Assembly: GCF_004010195.1 (NCBI RefSeq)
Contig: NC_057719.1
Location: 46,076,021 to 46,140,020 of the forward strand
Direction: 5' to 3'
DNA: 64,000 nt
Source of the DNA: Chiloscyllium plagiosum
Lineage: Eukaryota
Of this stretch, positions 52,601 through 64,000 are shown piece by piece (position 1 is the stretch's first letter; each line of letters begins with the position of its first letter). Both the position numbers and the translations under genes were made by a program. The notes under the pieces were generated by a model. It had not been told where the DNA came from, ran no database searches, and saw only the letters and a program-made list of their open reading frames with translations.

Positions 52601-54029
52601 CTTTCCCTGTTAATTTTGTGCGATGTGGGCCTCAATTTGGGCCATGGGCGGATGCCTTCTCTTGTGCCTGTAAAATCACAGAGGGGTGATGATGGTTGGA
52701 TAGAAGGAGATATACTATTGACAGCACAGTGCTGTGTGACAGGTATTCCTGTCTGGTTCCTGCCTGTAGGTGGCCCATAAAATCCAGCTATGATAACAAA
52801 TACTGAAAATGTTTAAGAACCTGGATATGTAGATCATTAATTTCCTTCTAGTTATATCCTTAATACTACAATCTATTAATATAAATAGATATGTGTTTCT
52901 GACGTTCATTAATGTAAGGTACTGTGGGTGCATTAGATTTGCATCATAGAATCATGGATTGTTCCTGATGTTCTCCACGGCTGAATCCATAATTTGAGAG
53001 TTATCTCTCTATTACTCAATATTTGAAAATTAGAAAGTCAATTCTAGTTGAACACTGCAGCATCAGACTGGTGTAACAGCGGTTATGCACCATTGACTGA
53101 ATCACTCAATTCACAGACAACCAGCTGCATTGGATCACTGAAGAGCATTTTTGTACCCATTTTCAAGCATGTCTGGTGTAGGATGAAATTACACGCACAG
53201 CAGAAGCAGTGATAAGTGGGTAGCAAGCAGGAGCACAATTTCAGTGAGACCAACTTGCTTCCTTAAGGCAGAACTGGGTAGACAAACTAGTAGATTTCCA
53301 TGGGAGGAAAACATACAAAAGAAAAAAAAAAATCACATCAAGAATGGAAACTGTGCATAGTAATGCAAGAATCCAGTGACCTGACCAAAACAAATAAAGC
53401 ACTCAACCACTCAGAATAGCACACATCAGTTGCTGCTCAGCCTCCAAAAATTAAAAAGCTGGACAACCATCACACTCCATTTCTCCACTTAAAGTGGGCA
53501 CTAAATTGGAATCTAAATATATACACCATCATCTGTCCCAATAGTAGTTTCCTGTATACATGATAGTAAAAATGCCTTCCTCTGCTTCAACAAGGTGATC
53601 TCAGATCTATTCCTCAACCATCTTTTGGAAGACAGTACTTCATTACTAGCCTTCATCTATTTCATTAATTATTCTTGAAGGACAATTTGTGCATCATGCC
53701 AAAGAGTCAGTGTATTGGAAGAGGCATCTCAATATTAAAACAATTTCTCCCAATACAAGGAAGATGCCATATTGACGGAGAAGCATTCTCCTTCAATAGT
53801 AACCATTAGTGCCTTCATAAACATTAACATCAGGAAACAGGTTTCCTTATTGAAGGCATCAATGAATTATGTGACAACATAGATATACAAGATCAGAAAT
53901 ATGCCATTTTGTATCTTAAATATGCTCTGACATTCTATGCGATTGTGGCTCATCTGCATCCTAACACCTATACCTCTGATTCTGGGAATGGTTAGTTCTG
54001 TTGCCTCAAGAGGGAAGGCAACAGCCAAC

Positions 54030-54628
54030 AGGTATTATCACAGAACTGTTAATCAGAGACCTAGGTAATGTTCTGGAATCCAGGTTTGAATGGCGCCATG
54101 GCAGATGGTGGAATTTGAATTCAATAGAAATCTGGCATTAACAGTATAAGTGATGATCATGAATCCATTGCCAATTATCAGAAAAACCCATCTGGTTCAC
54201 AAATGTCTTTTTAGGGAAGTAAACTGCCATCCTTACCTAGTCTGGCCTACATGTGACACCAGACCAACAGCAATGTCAGAGAGTCAAAGAAATGTACAGC
54301 ATGGAAACAGACTCTTCGGTCTAACTTGTCCATGCCGACCAGATATCCTAACCTAATATAGTCTCATTTGCCAGCACTTGGCCCATATCCCTCTAAACCC
54401 TTCCTATTCAGATATCCATCCAGATGCCTTTTAAATGTTGTAATTGTATCAGCCTCCACCACTTCCTCTGGTAGTTCATTCCATACACACATCACCCTCT
54501 GCATGAAAATGTTGCCCCTAAGGTCCCTTTTTTTGATTCTTAACTGCCCTCTGGGCAATTAGGGATGGGCAACAAATGCTGGCCTAGCCAGTGACACCCT
54601 CATCCAGTGAATGAATAAAGAAAAAAAG
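54030..54628 (+). mobile_element. SINE-like repeat interrupted by a CR1 3' end (~54280-54535, minus)
   Basis: Homologous to 7972-8245; resumes after the CR1 insert with TTAACTGCCCTCTG..GGCAATTAGGGATGGGC and an A-rich tail. Confidence 0.7.
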
Positions 54629-55114
54629 TTGAATGGAATGACAAATTACCATTGACAATAACTTCCTAAAAGCAAATGCTCAGGAGAGAGCAGCAGCAGC
54701 AAATAAGCCATCTATCAACATCAAATGTAAAATTCATGGCTGTTCCAGACACATACAACAGCAATCACTTTATAAGTTTAGGTCTGTAGTGCACCTGGCT
54801 ATTACAGATTCCCATGGTGCCCAAGTTCAACTGAAGCTATAGAAACTGATGTGGTGATTACCTTCATCGCAACATGAAGAACAATGCAAGTCCCCATGCA
54901 GCAGACATTCCGATTGAGATACAATTGAGATACAAAGATGTGCCTCTAGAGCAGACAATGTCTGAATTCAGCAGCTCTAGGTGGGCATGCATATGCAATT
55001 ATGAGACACAACATGCCCCAGCAGTCTCCCCCCCAAAAGAAGCAAATCCAAGGTGTTTCAGCAAAACATTGCTCAACCGTGAACCCATTGAAAAAATAAG
55101 TCAGTAATTCCCCA

Positions 55115-55295
55115 ATAAAAGCAAAATACTGTAAATGCTGCCGGAAGTCTGAAATAAAAAAAGAAAACTGGCACACCTCAACAGATCCGTCAGCATCTGT
55201 GGAGAAAGAAACAAAGGTAATATTTCCAGTCCTATAGGACTCTTCTTTGGAACACACATGCTGCAAAACCTGCTGAATTCCTCCAACACTTCATG
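55115..55295. mobile_element. Decayed PLE-type hairpin element
   Basis: GCAAAATACTG-AAATGCTG..CTGAAATAAAA..AGAAA head and TGCTGC..ACCTGCTGA..TTCCTCCA tail, similar to 44719-44924. Confidence 0.5.
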
Positions 55296-56686
55296 CCAGT
55301 AAATCTTTTTTGCTGTAATAGCTGCTTGAAATTATGGCAATATTTAGGTTAAAAAAAATAAATTCTCTCTGTGAGCATGTTGCTAGCAACAGCAAAAGTA
55401 TTATACTTTATATGCCAATTTATCTTTTAGGAGTGTAACAGCTGAACATTTGCAACTGCAGAAGCTATTGCCCCATCATTGAAATATTATGAATTGCGCA
55501 CGTGACATTCTGTCAATACTGACAATGACCTGAATAAACAGCTGTTGCCCAAAAACAAAGGATGATCTGAACAGAGCATGGAATTTCAGTGCTAATGTTA
55601 CCAAAAATGGATGCAAAATCAATCACTTTATCACATAGGTTTTCAAATATACTTCACAAAAAGGTATAAAAACAGACTCACTTGATTAGAGGAAACAGAA
55701 TCCAAACTTTACATTGAAATATTTAATGGAATGCTACTTTATAGGAACGGATTGCTCAGTTTACACTTATGCTTTCAATTTTAGTTATTATTATTTTGCT
55801 TGAAAATGATGGATGTGAATATTATATTGAGATCCCTTGAGCTTCAGGCATTTAGATGCCAAAAAATGCTTAGGAAATATATATTGATCTATTTAAAATT
55901 CATATAATTCTGCAAAGACAGGAAGAACATTTGAAACATTTGACTACAACAAGTTGATTGTTACATCAAGCTCCAGCACTTTCTAAATGACTTTGGATTG
56001 GATTTTCTGTGCACATAAATACAATTTTGTTTTTGTTTAAACTAACTATCTACTTTTCTATATCGAAGAACTTTTTTGTTCACCTGGAAACGGGAGCAAA
56101 AAAGGGGATGATCGTATGAGTTGGGGTATTCTATAGACCTTCAAACAATGAGATGGAGAAGCAAATCTGAAAGGCACAAGCACTGTCAAGTAGTATTTAT
56201 CACTCTTTATTTGTGTAAGAGAATCATTCAGAATTCCACATAGTATCCCAAGAACTACATGTACGTGTATATATCTATATCCTGCAATGTTAGAAAGAAT
56301 ATCCACAAATATGCTGGATACATTGGCAATTATTCAAGAATCTATAGATTCTGAAAAAGATCAAGTGGTTTGGAAAACTGCTAATGTAACACCTTTATTA
56401 AGGAAAGGAAGAAGACAATGAACAGGTAACTATAGGCCAGCTAGCTTGACTTCGGTTATGAGAAAATTTAAGTTTGTAAAAAAGGATGTAATACAGAATA
56501 TTTAGAGATGCATGCTATGATCAAGCAGAATCAGCATGACTTCAGAAAAGGGATGATGGCATGCCCTGACAAATTTATTAAATTCTTTGATGAAGTAACA
56601 AGTGGAATATATAATGGGGAGAAATTGGATGTAATATATTTGGATTTTCAGAAGACTTTTGATAAGATATCACATGATAGGCTAGA

Positions 56687-56798
56687 GCTGAAAAATGTGT
56701 TGCTGGAAAAGCGCAGCAGGTCAGGCAGCATCCAAGGCGCAGGAGAATCGACGTTTCGGGCAGAAGCCCTTCTTCAGGAACCCTTCATGAACCTTCTT
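56687..56798 (-). mobile_element. Short PLE pLTR insertion with intact hammerhead core on minus strand
   Basis: 14-bp TSD CATGATAGGCTAGA at 56673-56686 and 56799-56812; minus strand TTC-CTGAAGA-A-GGGC TTCT GCCC-GAAAC-GTC-GA at 56745-56780. Confidence 0.8.
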
Positions 56799-57289
56799 CA
56801 TGATAGGCTAGAATAAGGCAACAACCCAGGGTGTTGAAAGTACCTTATTAGCATGAACAGAGGATTGTCTGACTAATAAAGGCAGAGTTGGAATAAGGTG
56901 GGGGCATTTTGAGAATTGCAACCTGTAACTAGTGGAGTGGGAACTAGACAGTTGAAGCAAATGGACAAAAACTTGGCATATGGAATAGAATATGAGAAAA
57001 TGTGAGATTACGTACTTTGGCAGGATGATTAGGAGAGCAGAATATTATTTAGATGAAGAAAGATTGCAGAAAGCCACAAATCTGGGATTCGTCAGCCCTT
57101 GTATGTGAGTCACAAAAAGCTAGCATCCAAGTACTGTGGTCAACAGAAAACACAAATAAATGCTGGCCTTTATTTCAAAGTGAATGGAATAGAAAAAAAG
57201 TGGAGATATTGCTAAAGCCATGCAAGGCACTAATCAGACCACAGCTGGAATACAGTGAAAGTTTTGGGGCCTCATCTAAGGAAATATAT

Positions 57290-57825
57290 TTTTGCAAGGT
57301 TTGTAGCTCAGGTTGAGGTTTAGGGTGTAGGTTTGCTCGCTGAGCTGTAGGTTTGATATCCAGACGTTTCATTATCTGGCTAGGTATCATCAGTGGCAAC
57401 CTCCAAGTGAAACGAAGCTGTTGTCTCCTGCTTTCTATTTATATGTTTGTCCTGGATGGGGTTCCTGAGGTTTGTGGTGATGTCACCTCCCGTTCGTTTT
57501 TGGTGGGTCCCATTTTGACTGAGACATCACATCTATCCTGGGACAGGCTAAGCAAAGACATGCCAGAGAATTCCTAGAGGCCTGGCACTCCAACCACAAC
57601 GTCATAAACAAACACACAGATCTAGATACCATCTATCAACCCCTCAGAAAACAAACAGGAAATGACATCACCACAAATCCCAGGAACCCCATCCAGGACA
57701 AACATAAATAGAAAGCAGGAGACAACAGCTTCGCTTCAGTTGGAGGTCGCCACTGATGATGTTACCTCGCCAGGTAATGAAACGTCTGGATATCAAACCT
57801 ACAGCTCAGTGAGCAAACCTACACC
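57290..57825 (+). mobile_element. Penelope-like fragment: inverted pLTR + GIY-YIG tail + pLTR
   Basis: ILGQAKQRHAREFLEAWHSNHN; ~180-bp imperfect IR (~57320-57500 vs ~57646-57828); 14-bp TSD CTAAGGAAATATAT at 57276-57289 and 57826-57839. Confidence 0.88.
57750..57789 (+). ncRNA. Minimal hammerhead ribozyme motif
   Basis: CCA-CTGATGA-T-GTTACCT(CGCC)AGGTAAT-GAAAC-GTC-TGG. Confidence 0.7.
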
Positions 57826-59594
57826 CTAAGGAAATATATACTTGCATTGCAGACAGCCCAGAGAACGTTCACTCAATTGATCCTGTTGTGGAGGGAGCAT
57901 CTTGAGCGGAGAGATTGAGTCTATATTCACTCGAGTTTAGAAAAATGAGAAGCAACCTTATTGAAACAAAGATTCTTAGGGGACTAGACAGGGTAGAAGT
58001 GGAAAGATTGCTACTCTTGTGGAAGAGTCCAGGGACACAGGGCATAATCTCAAAATAAGAAGTCACCCATTTAAGAGATGTGGAGGTATATCTTCTTCAC
58101 CTCTGGCAAAGACAAGGACCAGAAGGCATAATCTCAGAATAAGGGGTCATCCATTTAAGACAGATCAGGAGGAACTTCTTCAATAAGAAGTCACCCATTT
58201 AAGAGATGTGGAGGTATATCTTCTTTCAGAGGATAGTGGATCTATAGAATACTTTACTGCAGAGGGTTTTTGAAGCTGGGTCATTAAGTATCCAAGGTTG
58301 ACAGAGAAACAGATTTTTAAACACTAAGGACTCAATAGTTACAAGGGAAAGACAGAAAAGTGGAGTGAGTTGAGCATGATCAAATCAGTCATGATCTCAC
58401 TGAATGGTGGAGCAGCCTCATTGGGCTGAATGGCCTACTTCTGCTTCTATACCTTTATGATCTTGTACAAAAGGCTTGTCTCAAATTTGAAACTCCTGTT
58501 GGAATTTCCATCAGATCTAGCAGGATTAGATTGATGACTAAGTTGTGCGCAAATAAGTCCTTAACATATACACCAGAAAAGCACATCCAGAGATCTGGAA
58601 TTAATGATTTGTGAATTCCAACACTTCCTTAACAGGATGGATGCATAAAGATTGCTTCACCTCTGGCAAAGACAAGGACCAGAAGGCATAATCTCAGAAT
58701 AAGGGGTCATCCATTTAAGACAGATCAGGAGGAACTTCTTCTCTCAAAGGATAGTGAATCTGTAGAATACTTTATTATGGATGGCCCACGATTTACCTCT
58801 CTTTCTGAAGCTGCTGATTAGCTTAAATCAGAAACCACCTTCACATTCAAGTCCTCAGCCTTCGTGAAATATACACACCGTGTTTCCATGCCTGTGCTTT
58901 AGGGCAAACAGATATTCCACTCAAAAAGGCCTGATGGAAATTAGCAGGTGAGACAGGGCATGGTCTTGCACTGCACTTCTAGTAAAAACTACAGTCAAAT
59001 GCAGGCAAAACAACCTGAAGTATGAAATACACTTACAAATCAAAAATTATGAATTTGAGTTTTAGTTTATAAAACCATTAAATAATGGGTGCAGCTAATG
59101 CTTTACAATTATTTCGACATATGGTAATAATTAAAGCATGTAATGTTCCTTGACATTTGACTGAAAAGACAAATTTGAGGGGGAGTGGGAGAAAATATCA
59201 GCTATGGATTTGGTGTATATGGAGTTCACAGCTGGAAAGTACCATTCTTACTGACGAGAAAAAAATGACACTGTAATCTTGGATAATTTTTCTCAGAAGT
59301 AAAGTTACAGTAAAATGGATGCCATATGTACTCAAAACATCACAAATGTAGTTGCTCACATCACAAATATCCCGAAGACAAACTAAGTTGGTAGATAGCA
59401 AAAAACTGTAACAGGACAGCAAGAACTCTTTATAAACTCTCAAATTCACAGTCGTTAGATAAAGACAATAACTTTCTATAAGTTAAGTTGTATTGAATAT
59501 CTAAATATTACCATGGTCATGAAATTTCTTCAATCATCATAGCATTAGACTGGCTGCATTTTCTTTTTACAGTTTCAGTATTTTGGGTAAAAAA

Positions 59595-59810
59595 GTTAAA
59601 GTCACCATAGTCTTACCAGACTATAGGGCTGCTCGCTCATTGGAAAGTGATGACAGGTGGTGGTTTAACCTGAGGGTTACCACACCTCAGGTGAGGGGAG
59701 AGGTTGAGAAGGAAAATCCTTCATGGTAACCGTAGCCAGTGCAGGAACTGAACCCATACTGTTGATGTCACTCTGCATCACAAGCTTGTCTTCCAGCCAA
59801 GTGAACTCTT
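59595..59810 (-). mobile_element. tRNA-like SINE, same family as 21523-21726
   Basis: Reverse-complement similarity to 21523-21726. Confidence 0.6.
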
Positions 59811-60475
59811 AGTTCCCAGGAGTCAAACTGGAGTACATTTGGTTTAAAAAGTAAACTCCTTTCATGACAAGTTTGTTAAGGATAAAATCTAGAAGAGATG
59901 CAAATATAAAACATGCAGTGTATTGATCAGCTTCAATTATCTTTTTTGCCACTTACAATGAGCTACATTCATTTGCATTACAAAGGAATGTTCCATGTGC
60001 CTTTCTTTGGATGAGACATTAAACTAAGAATTAACTTCCTTGTTCAAATGTACATTTAAAAAGAAAACACAGTTCAAAGATTAGCAAAATTCTAACCTTG
60101 TTCCACTCTCAATATTCCATTTTCAATCAACATGACCAAAGTAGATTAAGAGATCACTCATACCGTTTGCAGATGTTTACACAATTGCTTATATTTTCAT
60201 ATAAAGTAACTGTATGCTGGTGTAAACTAATGTTTGGAAAGCACTTTCAAATATTTAAAAAGGTTAGATTTGTGACAATGTTCTTACTTTAATTAAAGTG
60301 AAAAAACACACTAGATTTTGACTACCAGGTTGTTACTAAACATAGTAATCTTCCCAATTGTACTATGGGATCACATGGTCAAATAATTCATTAGGTTCAA
60401 AAGTCAGAAGTAGGTTTGGATGCTTTGTGTACTCTGATTTTACACCTCTCCAAAATATCCCACACCTACCCACTC

Positions 60476-61100
60476 AAGAGGCAAATGCAATGATGGCATT
60501 CATTTTGAGAGGACTTGAATATAAAAGCAGGGATGTATTTCTATCCGGCTCTGGTCAGACCACGTTCGAGTATTGCTTGTAGTTTTGGGCCCCATATCTC
60601 AGAAAAGATGTACTGGCCCTGGAGTGTGTTCACAGGAGGTTCACAAGAATGGTCCCAGGAATGAAAACCTTAACATATGAGGAACGTTTGAAGACTCTGG
60701 GTTTATACTCGATGGAATTTAGAAGGATGAGGGGGGACCTAATTGAAACATACAGAATACTGAATGGCCTGGACAGAGAAGATGTTGGGAAGATGTTTCG
60801 TTGGTATGAGAGATTAGGACCCGAAGGCATAGCCCTAGAGTAAAAGGGAAGGCCTTTTAGAGTGAAGATAAAAAGAAACTTCTTCAGCCAGAGAATTCAT
60901 TGCCACAGAAGGCTGTGGAGGCCAGGTTATTGAGTATATTTAAGACTGAGATAGCTAGGATCTTGAGTATCCAAGGATCAAGGGTTACGGGGAGAAAGTG
61001 GGAGAATGGGATTGAGAAACTGATCAGCCATGATTGAATGGTGGAGCAGACTTGATGGGCTGAATGGCCTAATTTCTGTTCCTATCTCTAATAGTCTTAG
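60476..61100 (+). mobile_element. CR1 LINE 3' fragment
   Basis: ANAMMAFILRGLEYKSRDV, YEERLKTLGLYSMEFRRMRGDLIETYRIL. Confidence 0.88.
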
Positions 61101-61824
61101 AAAGGATACATATTATTTGCTGGAAAGGATATCTTTGTGAACTGTTCAGGGCAATGTTTTTTGAGAAAACATCCAACAAATACACATTAAAAAAAGGGGG
61201 GTGGCCAGTATTGCATCACAACTCAAGTGCCAATCAACAGATTAGTAACTTATGGTATAGTTACCCTCTCCTTGGAGGTGGTGAAGAAGGCGGCATTAAG
61301 GGCAATTACATGGGAGAGATGGTCCCAGAGAGATTCTGACCCCTCCTTGCCAACTTAACAATTAAGTGCTGGGTGAGAAGGTGTATGGTAATGTTTTTGA
61401 CCTGTCACCATTTAAGATCCTTCAGTGGATAATTAACTGCCACCCAAGGGTCTCACTCACCACTGGTCCTTCTCAACAGGCAAAAATGGTTGGGAAACCA
61501 GAGTACCTGCTTGTCAGGTTTGTTGGGGAACTCCACTTAAAACAAGCTCAGATAGGGGACAACAGCTGAGGTTCATCCCATTGTCATTGCCCTCCAATTC
61601 CCCTGATACACCTCTCCCAACAACCACCACCCCATGAGAATGGAAAGAAAAGCACTTAGCTTCTTACTGTTTCAACTCCTAAACTCTGGGACCCCAGTGA
61701 TGATCTCTACGATTTTGAAGCTTTTGGCCTCCGATTGACCAGCAGCTTCTGGTGAGGTAGGACATCGGTATCAAGGTTAGTGATCAAGGTATCAAGCTTG
61801 CCAGTTAGCTAATGGCTATTTGGA

Positions 61825-63700
61825 GTTTGATCTGAATTAGAAGGCTGGATCTGAGATAAGGTGGGGTGAGGTGGGGGGTGGGCAGGGGAGGAAATGAGGA
61901 AACTGGTGAAATCCACATTGACCTCATGGTGTTGGAGGGTCCCAAGGCAGAAAATGAGGCATTCTTCTTCAGACGTTAGGTGGTTAGGGAGTGACGATAG
62001 AGGAGACCCAGGACCTGCATGTGTTTGGTGGAGTAGGAGGGGGAGGGGGAGTTGAAATGTTTGGCCATGGGGCGGTAGGGTTGGTTGGTACAGGTGTCCT
62101 GGAGATGATCTCTGAAGTGCTGTGTGAGTAGATGTCCTGTCTTCCCAGGGTACAGGAGACAACATTAGGAACAACGGATACAGTAAATGACGTGTGGAAG
62201 AGTAGGTGAATCTTTGGGGCTCCTTCGGGGTCTTGGACAGAGGCAAGGGGGAAGGTGTGGGTGCAGATTTTCCAATTCCTGCAGTGGCAGGGGAAGGTGC
62301 TGGGATGATCTCTAGGATTTTGAAGCTGCTGGCCTCTGATTGACAGCAGCTTCTGGTGAGGTAGGACATTGGTACTAACGTTAATGATTCACTGAGATGG
62401 CCCAGGTGGGGGGTATGGACCTGATAAGGGAGTCGCTGAGGGAACGGTCTTTATGGAAAGTGGATAGAGGTGGGGAGAGAAATGTATCTCTGGTGGTGGG
62501 GTCTGTTTATAGGTGGCGGAAATGGCAGAGGATGATGGGATGTATGTTGAGATTGATGGGATGGAAGATAAGGACTATGGGGGTTCTGTCCTTGTTGTGG
62601 TTGGAGGGGTGAGGTTCAAGGGCGGAGGCGTGAGAAGTGGATGAGATGCGCTGGAGGGCATCAACCTCCACATGGGAGGGGAAATTTCAGTCTTTAAAGG
62701 AGGAGGCCATCTGGTGTGTTCTGTGGTGGAAATGGTCCTCCTGGGAGCAGATGCAGTGGAGGCACAGGAATTAGGAATAAGGGATAATATTGTTACAGGA
62801 GGCAGGTGGGAGGAGGTGTAGTCAGTGGGTTTATAGAAGATGTCAGTGTTGAGTCAGTCAGTGTTGATTCGAGAAGGAGAGGTCCAGGAATGGGAGGGAG
62901 GTGTCTGAGATAGTCCAGATGAATCTAAGGTCAGGGTGGAATGTGCTGGTGAAGGTGATGAACTGTCCAACCTCAACATGGGAGCATGAGGTGGCACCAA
63001 CGCAGTCATCAATGTAGTGGAGGAAAAGGTGGAGAATGGTTCCGGTGTAACTGTGGAAGATGGACTGTTCTACGTAGCCGACAAAGAGACAACCATAGCT
63101 GAGGCCCATGCAGGTGCCCACGGCTACCCCTCTTATCTGTAGGAAATGGGAGGACTCAAAAGGAGAAATTATGGAGGTTGAGGACCAGGTCAGCTGAACA
63201 AATGAGAAGTCAGTGGAAGGGTACTAATGGGGATGTCAGGAAAGAAGAAACAGGGGGCTTGGATGTCTTCGTCACGGCGGATGGAGGTGTACAGGGACTG
63301 GAAGTCCATGATGAAGATGAGGTGCTGGGGCCCGGGTAAACGATACTCTTGGATGGCATGGTTGGTGTCCCAAGCGCCATGTGGGGAGTTCCTGGACTGG
63401 GGAGATAGGACAGTATTGAGGTATGTGGAGATGAGTTTGGTAGGGCAGGAACAGGCAGAGACGATGGGTAAGCTGGGGTAATCAAGCTTGTGGATCTTGG
63501 GTAGGAGGTAGAACTGGGCGGTGCAGGGTTCCCGAACTATGAGATTGGAAGGTGTGTGTGGGAGATTCCCTGAGGTGATGAGGTTTTGTACTGTCTGGGA
63601 GATGATGATTTGCTACTGGGAAGTGAGGTTGTGGTCGAGGGGGCAGTAGGAGGAGGTGTCTTCGAGTTGGCTCCTAGCTTCAGTGTGTAGAGGTCAGTGC
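61825..63700 (-). mobile_element. Penelope-like element, degenerate RT + GIY-YIG
   Basis: MGTCMGLSYGCLFVGYVEQSIF, FLHYIDDCVG, FHPDLRFIWTISDTSLPFLDL, EEECLIFCLGTLQHHEVNVDF; frameshifts and stops. Confidence 0.88.
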
Positions 63701-64000
63701 TAAATCTTTACCTATCTGGTCAAACCTAGTTCTTGATGTCCTATTCCCAAATGCTCTGGTTCTGGGCACGCAGTTGCATTTTCTTCATCAGAAAACAGAA
63801 GTTATACTAGTATTGATTTCAGAGTAGACTGGTTTGCAGACAAACGTGATGCTCAGTTTCCACATGTGTAAGACATCTAGTTGATAAAAAAAGTCTGAAA
63901 TGCTTTTGCTCAATCATCATTAGCTGAAAAAAGCTGATTTAGTGAATCACATATTATACACTTATGGTGTAAAATACAAAGAAAAATCAGTGAAGTGAAA

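Larger units (their letters stand above)
56290..58470 (+). mobile_element. Old CR1 LINE with two nested PLE insertions
   Basis: WKTANVTPLLRKG, QHDFRKG, LDVIYLDFQKTFDKISH, LIRPQLEY. Confidence 0.85.

Noticed and set aside
51600..52780. GC-richer block with several short ORFs
   Set aside because: No recognisable domain or termini; probably an old unclassified repeat, cannot be supported as a gene
47833..64000. Next upstream FERMT2 exon (YDAIRINQLYEQA...MMMFAALQ)
   Set aside because: Not found by eye; probably lies beyond the window, though a miss cannot be excluded

Overview
Vertebrate genomic DNA, most likely a cartilaginous fish (shark), judged from HE1/V-SINE-like and CR1/HER1-like repeats. 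The only host gene visible is the 3' half of FERMT2 (kindlin-2) on the minus strand. It has eight constitutive coding exons (47830 down to the stop at 16072), all with GT-AG ends and matching phases, a 21-nt cassette micro-exon (PGYVRDL, 24165-24185) and a 3' UTR of about 1 kb. The rest is intron or intergenic DNA dense in decayed transposons: an L1/Tx1-like LINE, many CR1 LINEs, RTE and Rex1/Babar fragments, Gypsy RT, Harbinger transposase, a Tigger-like end, several SINE families and a 914-nt assembly gap. The most notable non-gene signal is a set of short Penelope-like (PLE) insertions with inverted-repeat structure, 12-16 bp target-site duplications and minimal hammerhead-ribozyme motifs. 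One is a composite at 20614-21422 with a 92-bp perfect palindrome and two identical tandem hammerhead motifs. PLE hammerheads are a known class. I cannot show from sequence alone that anything here is a new biological system.
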